Source of the DNA: Eledone cirrhosa
Lineage: Eukaryota
Reading direction: 5' to 3'
DNA length: 64,000 nt
NCBI GenBank assembly: GCA_964016885.1
Contig: OZ024741.1
Span: forward strand, 358,732,001 to 358,796,000
Positions 17,796 to 28,620 of the stretch are shown here, piece by piece. The stretch's first letter is position 1, and each line of letters opens with the position of its first letter. The notes beneath the pieces were generated by a model. It worked only from the letters and a program-made list of their open reading frames with translations. It did not search any database and was not told where the DNA came from. A program made the translations under genes and the position numbers.

Positions 17796-18389
17796 TTTAA
17801 TATTTTTTTAAGGCAACGCTTGTAATAACTCTAGTTAAACAGGATATATATTAATAATAAATTATCGTTGTAATGTAATTAGATTATGTAATTGTTATTA
17901 TAAATTATCTTATAAATATTAGTGTAAGATGTATAAAAATATTTTCAGACTTTTAATATAAACAACTACAAAAAACAATCAATATTAAATCAATATATTA
18001 TACATAATAGAAAACATAAAATATACAATACAAAAACAAAATATTTACATACAATTGCAATTATCAGTGTATATACATTTTCTTTATATTCCCTGAGCAA
18101 ATTAATAAGATTTGTTTTTATTGTACATAATTTGATGACTTGTTGGAGTGTATTAAAAGATAGCAACAATTTGTGATTAAATTGTTATCTTAAGCAACTC
18201 ACTTTTTAATAGTTGTTGGCTGAGCGAAATTGTAAAAGCCTATGAGCAAATATAAAAAAAAATACACAAACAACATTTCCTTGTGTTATTACAACATTAG
18301 ATAAAATAATTGAGCAATGTCGTTATATTTTGCTCTTATTGCACATTAATAGTGTTTCTATTTTTCGGCACAAATCCATTACGGCAGTC

Positions 18390-18520
18390 CATTACTGGTA
18401 CTTTATTTTATCGAATTAGTAAGTATGAAAGTCGAAGTTAACCTCGGCAGGATTTGAACTTAGAATGCAAAGGACCATAACAATACTGCAAAGCATGGTG
18501 TCTGACGCTCTACCAATACT
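18390..18520 (-). mobile_element. tRNA-derived SINE fragment inside the Helitron-like element (second fragment at ~19325-19372)
   Basis: ACTGGTACTTTATTTTATCGA...GGATTTGAACT is the reverse complement of the SINE at 61785-62007, including the B-box GAGTTCAAATCC. Confidence 0.8.
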
Positions 18521-18913
18521 TGTGTTGAGCTGGTCATTAATTTATGGTGGTCGTGCGTGGAGTAGAGCAATCGCTAGTTGAAATATTATGAACAAAACAT
18601 TTTTATTTGCCGAAGAACATATTTTCAATACTGTTTGTGAATGTGACGAAGGAAATACATTCTGATATGGAACAGTGTACAAAGTGTGTCTGTGAATAAC
18701 ATAATGTTACCTCATGTTGTTGTCAAGACATAATGGATTTCGTATATCCAGTTAGAAGATGAAACCTAGCCATCTCGGATTAGTTATATTTCATGCCATG
18801 TGTAAACGTGTTTGAGGATAGCAAAATATGCGCGTTAATTATAATAATTAGTTAATAATATTACAAAATATACCTAATTAAACTCTTTGCTTGAAATTTT
18901 ATCATTCTTCGTT

Positions 18914-18962
<49 letters not shown>

Positions 18963-19735
18963 TTATCTAGTCCTTCGCTCAAGATTAATCTATAAGTTTA
19001 GATGTTTGCCTTCGTTTAAGTAAATATTACAGTAAGATTTTTAATATAAACAACTACAAAAAACAATTAATATTAAAACGGAAAAATTATCAATGATAAA
19101 AGAAGCGGATGCAACTTTTTTTTTTATAAAGTTATATTCCTGTTTCTTTAAAGAACATTTCATTTTTGTTCTATTGTAGGCGAAATAATGCAATGGTTTA
19201 ATAGGGAAGATATAACTTACGAATTATGTCTCTAACCGTGTAACGCTTTTTAAGTAGATAACTACAATTGAAAATACTAAAGAAATGGAACCAACAATTC
19301 AATTTGAAAGTCGTCTAGTGACAGTGTATTACTGGTACTTTATTTTATCGACCCCGTAACGATGAAAGGCAAAAATGCAAATGCTTAAAATTTAAATTGC
19401 CTTAATTCTATCGTCTGCTGTTTCATTAAAGGGAGATTATCGTCTGTATTTAATTCTATCGTCTACTGTTCCACTAAACAGATATACCTCCACTATCGTC
19501 TCTATTTATACATTTTAACTTATAACTTATACACATTTGATTTGAAATATTTTATCTAGTCCCCCCTCTCAATATTATGATGATTTCTTTCGAATGAAAC
19601 AGTTCTAGTCCTGTAGAAACCATTTATATATATAATTGAACTGAGTTAAAAATTCACAATATTTATAATTAAATAAGCTCATATATATATGTGTGTATTT
19701 ATCTGTTTATTGTATTATATATAATGTGTGTATAT

Positions 19736-19775
19736 ACAGGATGTCCCCCAAAAATATATACACACTTCAACAGCA
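19736..19775 (+). mobile_element. Possible solo Tc1/mariner-type TIR end
   Basis: TA-CAGGATGTCCCCCAAAAATATATACACACTT resembles CAGGGTGTCCCA-type mariner TIRs; no partner end found. Confidence 0.35.
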
Positions 19776-20310
19776 TTCTAATAACTATTGCCTGTACAGG
19801 TAATCAAAGTGTCAATCGAATGTTAGTTTCGTGTTTTAACAGTACAAATTTACAATACACACATAAAACCAGTGTATATACATACATGAGTGTGTATACA
19901 CATACATGAATGTGTATATACAATATATATGTATATATATATAGACACATATATTCACGGTGCAACGGTACATTAAAATATAGATGCGGGAGAGGGGGGG
20001 GTGTATATATAGGGGCGCTGGGGATAAAGGAGTGTAAAGCGTGTGTAATTGATATATTGAAGGAGAGGAGCGTGCAGCGATAGAGTAACAAATATATAGA
20101 GAGGGGGAGAGATGGTATTGAAGGGGAGGAGTGCAAAGCGAAAGAGTAAGAGATATATATAGAGACGGAACAGATAGAGAGAAACAGGCGTAAGTAACAG
20201 TGGAAGAGATATAGAGAGAGGTACTCTGATTGGTTGAAAATTAGCCAATGACATACGATCACCACCACCACGGCTATCCCCGAAAAATTTTTTAAGAAGC
20301 TACGCATATA

Positions 20311-20365
20311 TGTTAGAACGCGAAAAGTGAACATTCTGTTGTTTCACACTTTTCGTGTTCTAACA
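20311..20365. other. 19-bp-stem hairpin at the 5' end of the Helitron-like element
   Basis: TGTTAGAACGCGAAAAGTG (20311-20329) pairs with CACTTTTCGTGTTCTAACA (20347-20365), one mismatch, 17-nt loop. Confidence 0.9.
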
Positions 20366-20367
20366 GA

Positions 20368-23300
20368 TACACTCTATATATATATATATATATATATGAT
20401 CAGCAGTTAACGTCTGTAATACCTGCTAACATATGTACATATACACTATATATATATGATCAGCAGTTGATGTCTGTACTACCTGCTAACATATGTACAT
20501 ATACATTATATATATATGATCAGCAGTTAACGTCTGTACTACCTGCTAACATATGTATATATACACTATATAAATATGATCAGCAGTTAACATCTGTACT
20601 ACCTGCTAACATATGTACATATACACTATATATATATGATCAGCAGTTAACGTCTGTACTACCTGCTAACATATGTACATATACACTATATATATATGAT
20701 CAGCAGTTAACATCTGTACTACCTGCTAACATATGTACATATACACTATATATATATATATGATCAGCAGTTAATGCCTGTACTACCTGCTAACATATGT
20801 ACATATACACTATATATATATATATGATCAGCAGTTAACATCTGTACTACCTGCTAACATATGTACATATACACTATATATATATGATCAGCAGTTAACA
20901 TCTGTACTACCTGCTAACATATGTACATATACACTATATATATATGATCAGCAGTTAACGTCTGTACTACCTGCTAACATATGTACATATACACTATATA
21001 TATATATATATGATCACCAGTTAATGCCTGTACTACCTGCTAACATATGTACATATACACTATATATATATGATCAGCAGTTAACGTCTGTACTACCTGC
21101 TAACATATGTATATATACACTGTATATATATGATCAGCAGTTAACATCTGTACTACCTGCTAACATATGTACATATACACTATATATATATATATGATCA
21201 GCAGTTAATGTCTGTACTACCTGCTAACATATGTACATATACACTATATATATATATGATCAGCAGTTAATGTCTGTACTACCTGCTAACATATGTACAT
21301 ATACACTATATAAATATGATCAGCAGTTAACATCTGTACTACCTGCTAACATATGTACATATACACTATATATATATGATCAGCAGTTAACATCTGTACT
21401 ACCTGCTAACATATGTACATATACACTATATATATATATATGATCAGCAGTTAACATCTGTACTACCTGCTAACATATGTACATATACACTATATATCTA
21501 TGATCAGCAGTTAATGTCTGTACTACCTGCTAACATATGTACATATACACTATATATATATGATCAGCAGTTAATGTCTGTACTACCTACTAACATATGT
21601 ACATATACACTATATATATGATCAGCAGTTAACATCTGTACTACCTGCTAACATATGTACATATACACTATATATATATGATCAGCAGTTAACATCTGTA
21701 CTACCTGCTAACATATGTACATATACACTATATATATGATCAGCAGTTAACATCTGTACTACCTGCTAACATATGTATATATACACTATATATATATATG
21801 ATCAGCAGTTAACGTCTGTACTACCTGCTAACATATGTATATGTACACTATATATATATGATCAGCAGTTAACATCTGTACTACCTGCTAACATATGTAC
21901 ATATACACTATATATATATATGATCAGTAGTTAATGTCTGTACTACCTGCTAACATATGTACATATACACTATATATATATATATGATCAGCAGTTAACA
22001 TCTGTACTACCTGCTAACATAGGTACATATACACTATATATATGATCAGCTGTTAACATCTGTACTACCTGCTAACATATGTACATATACACTATATATA
22101 TATGATCAGTAGTTAATGTCTGTATTACCTGCTAGCATATGTACATATACACTATATATATATATATGATGAGCAGTTAACATCTGTACTACCTGCTAAC
22201 ATATGTATATGTACACTATATATATATGATCAGCAGTTAACGTCTGTACTACCTGCTAACATATGTACATATACACTATATATATATGATCAGCAGTTAA
22301 CATCTGTACTACCTGCTAACATATGTACATATACACTATATATATATGATCAGCAGTTAACGTCTGTACTACCTGCTAACATATGTACATATACACTATA
22401 TATATATATATATGATCACCAGTTAATGCCTGTACTACCTGCTAACATATGTACATATACACTATATATATATGATCAGCAGTTAACGTCTGTACTACCT
22501 GCTAACATATGTATATATACACTGTATATATATGATCAGCAGTTAACATCTGTACTACCTGCTAACATATGTACATATACACTATATATATATATATGAT
22601 CAGCAGTTAATGTCTGTACTACCTGCTAACATATGTACATATACACTATATATATATATGATCAGCAGTTAATGTCTGTACTGCCTGCTAACATATGTAC
22701 ATATACACTATATAAATATGATCAGCAGTTAACATCTGTACTACCTGCTAACATATGTACATATACACTATATATATATGATCAGCAGTTAACATCTGTA
22801 CTACCTGATAACATATGTACATATACACTATATATATATGATCAGCAGTTAACATCTGTACTACCTGCTAACATATGTACATATACACTATATATCTATG
22901 ATCAGCAGTTAATGTCTGTACTACCTGCTAACATATGTACATATACACTATATATATATGATCAGCAGTTAATGTCTGTACCACCTACAAACATATGTAC
23001 ATATACACTATATATATGATTAGCAGTTAACATCTGTACTACCTGCTAACATATGTACATATACACTATATATATGATCAGCAGTTAACATCTGTACTAC
23101 CGGCTAACATATGTACATATACACTATATATATGATCAGCAGTTAACATCTGTACTACCTGCTAACATATGTACATATACACTATATATATATGATCAGC
23201 AGTTAACGTCTGTACTACCTGCTAACATATGTACATATACACTATATATATGATCAGCAGTTAACATCTGTACTACCTGCTAACATATGTATATATACAC

Positions 23301-23673
23301 TATATATATATATGATCAGCAGTTAACGTCTGTACTACCTGCTAACATATGTATATGTACACTATATATATATTATCAGCAGTTAACATCTGTACTACCT
23401 GCTAACATATGTACATATACACTATATATATATGATCAGTAGTTAATGTCTGTACTACCTGCTAACATATGTACATATACACTATATATATATATATGAT
23501 CAGCAGTTAACATCTGTACTACCTGCTAACATATGTACATATACACTATATATATGATCAGCTGTTAACATCTGTACTACCTGCTAACATATGTACATAT
23601 ACACTATATATATATGATCAGTAGTTAATGTCTGTATTACCTGCTAGCATATGTACATATACACTATATATAT
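20368..23673. repeat. ~60-bp satellite array, block 3
   Basis: Same monomer; ~1.4-1.5 kb internal duplication (ORFs 21231/22633). Confidence 0.98.
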
Positions 23674-24498
23674 TTAGAAACACACAGATACATGCGGACA
23701 CACACATATATACATGAATGCATCCGCACCCAACTGTGAGTTAAGGGTGCCAACTTCACCGATGTTGCTCAATGAATGACTGGGACAGACCAATTCAGTT
23801 TGAACCAGACTGAACCAGTATCAGAGTTAAAAATACATTATGAAGAGAGAAGAAACATTTAGATATAATTAGTAATAAAATGTATCATACCTAAACTGTT
23901 CCTAAATTCCTCGATTACGTAGTTTCGTGGCATAAACAAAAACAATATATCAAAGATATAGAGTCCTTGCGAGGTCGGCCGACTTATCAAGAGGATACCT
24001 CATTTTACTAGTCTCAAGAACGCGTCTACACGACGTGAGAAAGAATCCCAAAAGGCGGAGGGGGAGACGGTCACGCGATATAACGGTCGAGAAACAGAGC
24101 TAAGCCTCTTATAACCACGAAGAAAATACCACGGAGGCGGAGGGGGCATTCATATCGAGGCCGTAGAAGAGGTAGTGAAGAAGGCGAGAAGTATGAGTAA
24201 TGGAAGCTTTCCAGTTGTCCCCACACTTCAAAGATTGCTCGACCAGAGGGAGTTATTAATATATTTAGAAACACACAGATACATGCGGACACACACATAT
24301 ATACATGAATGCATCCGCACCCAACTGTGAGTTAAGGGTGCCAACTTCACCGATGTTGCTCAATGAATGACTGGGACAGACCAATTCAGTTTGAACCAGA
24401 CTGAACCAGTATCAGAGTTAAAAATACATTATGAAGAGAGAAGAAACATTTAGATATAATTAGTAATAAAATGTATCATACCTAAACTGTTCCTAAAT

Positions 24499-24586
24499 TC
24501 CTCGACTACGTAGTTTCGTGGCATAAACAAAAACAATATATCAAAGATATAGAGTCCTTGCGAGGTCTGCCGACTTATCAAGAGGA
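24499..24586 (-). ncRNA. Type I hammerhead ribozyme, U3-A8 variant (minus-strand copies also at 23908-23995, 25090-25177 and 25681-25768)
   Basis: Reverse complement of the 26218-26305 motif; the 23908 copy has a stem III point change and the 25681 copy a stem I point change. Confidence 0.75.
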
Positions 24587-26217
24587 TGCCTCATTTTACT
24601 AGTCTCAAGGACGCGTCTACACGACGTGAGAAAGAATCCCAAAAGGCGGAGGGGGAGACGGTCACGCGATATAACGGTCGAGAAACAGAGCTAAGCCTCT
24701 TATAACCACGAAGAAAATACCACGGAGGCGGAGGGGGCATTCATATCGAGGCCGTAGAAGAGGTAGTGAAGAAGGCGAGAAGTATGAGTAATGGAAGCTT
24801 TCCAGTTGTCCCCACACTTCAAAGATTGCTCGACCAGAGGGAGTTATTAATATATTTAGAAACACACAGATACATGCGGACACACACATATATACATGAA
24901 TGCATCCGCACCCAACTGTGAGTTAAGGGTGCCAACTTCACCGATGTTGCTCAATGAATGACTGGGACAGACCAATTCAGTTTGAACCAGACTGAACCAG
25001 TATCAGAGTTAAAAATACATTATGAAGAGAGAAGAAACATTTAGATATAATTAGTAATAAAATGTATCATACCTAAACTGTTCCTAAATTCCTCGACTAC
25101 GTAGTTTCGTGGCATAAACAAAAACAATATATCAAAGATATAGAGTCCTTGCGAGGTCTGCCGACTTATCAAGAGGATACCTCATTTTACTAGTCTCAAG
25201 AACGCGTCTACACGACATGAGAAAGAATCCCAAAAGGCGGAGGGGGAGACGGTCACGCGATATAACGGTCGAGAAACAGAGCTAAGCCTCTTATAACCAC
25301 GAAGAAAATACCACGGAGGCGGAGGGGGCATTCATATCGAGGCCGTAGAAGAGGTAGTGAAGAAGGCGTGAAGTATGAGTAATGGAAGCTTTCCAGTTGT
25401 CCCCACACTTCAAAGATTGCTCGACCAGAGGGAGTTATTAATATATTTAGAAACACACAGATACATGCGGACACACACATATATACATGAATGCATCCGC
25501 ACCCAACTGTGAGTTAAGGGTGCCAACTTCACCGATGTTGCTCAATGAATGACTGGGACAGACCAATTCAGTTTGAACCAGACTGAACCAGTATCAGAGT
25601 TAAAAATACATTATGAAGAGAGAAGAAACATTTAGATATAATTAGTAATAAAATGTATCATACCTAAACTGTTCCTAAATTCCTGGACTACGTAGTTTCG
25701 TGGCATAAACAAAAACAATATATCAAAGATATAGAGTCCTTGCGAGGTCTGCCGACTTATCAAGAGGATACCTAATTTTACTAGTCTCAAGAACGCGTCT
25801 ACACGACGTGAGAAAGAATCCCAAAAGGCGGAGGGGGAGACGGTCACGCGATATAACGGTCGAGAAACAGAGCTAAGCCTCTTATAACCACGAAGAAAAT
25901 AACACGGAGGCGGAGGGGGCATTCATATCGAGGCCGTAGAAGAGGTAGTGAAGAAGGCGAGAAGTATGAGTAATGGAAGCTTTCCAGTTGTCCCCACATT
26001 TCAAAGCTTCCATTACTCATACTTCTCGCCTTCTTCACTACCTCTTCTACGGCCTCGATATGAATGCCCCCTCCGCCTCCGTGGTATTTTCTTCGTGGTT
26101 ATAAGAGGCTTAGCTCTGTTTCTCGACCGTTATATCGCGTGACCGTCTCCCCCTCCGCCTTTTGGGATTCTTTCTCACGTCGTGTAGACGCGTTCTTGAG
26201 ACTAGTAAAATGAGGTA

Positions 26218-26305
26218 TCCTCTTGATAAGTCGGCAGACCTCGCAAGGACTCTATATCTTTGATATATTGTTTTTGTTTATGCCACGAAACTACGTAGTC
26301 GAGGA
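26218..26305 (+). ncRNA. Type I hammerhead ribozyme, U3-A8 core variant (plus-strand copies also at 26809-26896 and 27400-27487)
   Basis: Stem I TCCTC/GAGGA; core TTGATAA (26223-26229); stem II GT(C)GGCA...TGCCAC; GAAA (26287-26290); palindromic stem III ACTACGTAGT; GUC site with predicted cleavage after 26300. The copy at 27400 has a U4G change (TGGATAA). Confidence 0.75.
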
Positions 26306-27559
26306 ATTTAGGAACAGTTTTGGTATGATACATTTTATTACTAATTATATCTAAATGTTTCTTCTCTCTTCATAATGTATTTTTAACTCTGATACTGGTT
26401 CAGTCTGGTTCAAACTGAATTGGTCTGTCCCAGTCATTCATTGAGCAACATCGGTGAAGTTGGCACCCTTAACTCACAGTTGGGTGCGGATGCATTCATG
26501 TATATATGTGTGTGTCCGCATGTATCTGTGTGTTTCTAAATATATTAATAACTCCCTCTGGTCGAGCAATCTTTGAAGTGTGGGGACAACTGGAAAGCTT
26601 CCATTACTCATACTTCTCGCCTTCTTCACTACCTCTTCTACGGCCTCGATATGAATGCCCCCTCCGCCTCCGTGGTATTTTCTTCGTGGTTATAAGAGGC
26701 TTAGCTCTGTTTCTCGACCGTTATATCGCGTGACCGTCTCCCCCTCCGCCTTTTGAGATTCTTTCTCACGTCGTGTAGACGCGTTCTTGAGACTAGTAAA
26801 ATGAGGTATCCTCTTGATAAGTCGGCAGACCTCGCAAGGACTCTATATCTTTGATATATTGTTTTTGTTTATGCCACGAAACTACGTAGTCGAGGAATTT
26901 AGGAACAGTTTAGGTATGATACATTTTATTACTAATTATATCTAAATGTTTCTTCTCTCTTCATAATGTATTTTTAACTCTGATACTGGTTCAGTCTGGT
27001 TCAAACTGAATTGGTCTGTCCCAGTCATTCATTGAGCAACATCGGTGAAGTTGGCACCCTTAACTCACAGTTGGGTGCGGATGCATTCATGTATATATGT
27101 GTGTGTCCGCATGTATCTGTGTGTTTCTAAATATATTAATAACTCCCTCTGGTCGAGCAATCTTTGAAGTGTGGGGACAACTGGAAAGCTTCCATTACTC
27201 ATACTTCTCGCCTTCTTCACTACCTCTTCTACGGCCTCGATATGAATGCCCCCTCCGCCTCCGTGGTATTTTCTTCGTGGTTATAAGAGGCTTAGCTCTG
27301 TTTCTCGACCGTTATATCGCGTGACCGTCTCCCCCTCCGCCTTTTGGGATTCTTTCTCACGTCGTGTAGACGCGTTCTTGAGACTAGTAAAATGAGGTAT
27401 CCTCTGGATAAGTCGGCAGACCTCGCAAGGACTCTATATCTTTGATATATTGTTTTCGTTTATGCCACGAAACTACGTAGTCGAGGAATTTAGGAACAGT
27501 TTAGGTATGATACATTTTATTACTAATTATATCTAAATGTTTCTTCTCTCTTCATAATG

Positions 27560-28585
27560 TATACACTATATATATATATATGATGAGCAGTTAACATCTG
27601 TACTACCTGCTAACATATGTATATGTACACTATATATATATGATCAGCAGTTAACGTCTGTACTACCTGCTAACATATGTACATATACACTATATATATA
27701 TGATCAGCAGTTAACATCTGTACTACCTGCTAACATATGTACATATACACTATCTCTATGATCAGCAGTTAACGTATGTACTACCTGCTAACATATGTAC
27801 ATATACACTATATATATATGATCAGCAGTTAACATCTGTACTACCTGCTAACATATGTACATATACACTATATATATGATCAGCAGTTAACATCTGTACT
27901 ACCTGCTAACATAGGTACATATACACTATATATATATATGATCAGCAGTTAACATCTGTACTACCTGCTAACATATGTACATATACACTATATATATACA
28001 TGATCAGCAGTTAACGTCTGTACTACCTGCTAACATATGTACATATACACTATATATATGATTAGCATTTAACATCTGTGCTACCTGCTAACATATGTAC
28101 ATATACACTATATATATATATATGATCAGCAGTTAATGTCTGTACTACCTGCTAACATATGTATATATACACTATATATATATGATCAGCAGTTAATATC
28201 TGTACTACCTGCTAACATATGTACATATACACTATATATAAATGAACAGCAGTTAACATCTGTACTACCTGCTAACATATGTACATATACACTATATATA
28301 TGATCAGCAGTTAACATCTGTACTACCTGCTAACTTATGTACATATACACTATATATATGATCAGCAGTTAATGTCTGTACTACCTGCTAACATATGTAT
28401 ATATACACTATATATATATGATCAGCAGTTAATGTCTGTACTACCTGCTAACATATGTACATATACACTATATATATATGATCAGCAGTTAACATCTGTA
28501 CTACCTGCTAACATATGTACATATACACTATATATATATAATCAGCAGTTAACGTCTGTACTACCTGCTAACATATGTATATATA

Positions 28586-28620
<35 letters not shown>

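Larger units (their letters stand above)
16841..20367 (-). mobile_element. Non-autonomous Helitron-like element (3527 bp)
   Basis: Minus strand begins TC (20367) and ends CTAG (16841). Inserted between host A and T with no TSD; removing it restores the monomer variant GAAGTTGATGTCTG...ATGTATATA|TACACTCTATA seen intact at 15121-15170. No RepHel ORF and no canonical GC-rich 3' hairpin seen. Confidence 0.75.
23668..27562. mobile_element. Concatemer of a 591-bp hammerhead-containing unit (retrozyme / Penelope-pLTR-like), ~4 units minus then ~2.6 units plus
   Basis: Exact 591-bp period (ORFs at 24071, 24662, 25253; 26506, 27097); orientation flips at 25984-26002; flanked by a 7-16 bp target duplication (maximum TATACACTATATATAT); the empty-site monomer is present at ~22105-22215. 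Confidence 0.85.

Noticed and set aside
19804-20334. 176-aa minus-strand ORF in the Helitron-like element
   Set aside because: Low-complexity CT/AT-rich translation with no HUH or helicase motifs.
26506-26733. 75-aa ORF in each 591-bp unit, and rolling-circle translation (591 is divisible by 3)
   Set aside because: No recognisable motif; the ORF track shows no unit-spanning ORF, so no endless frame is supported.
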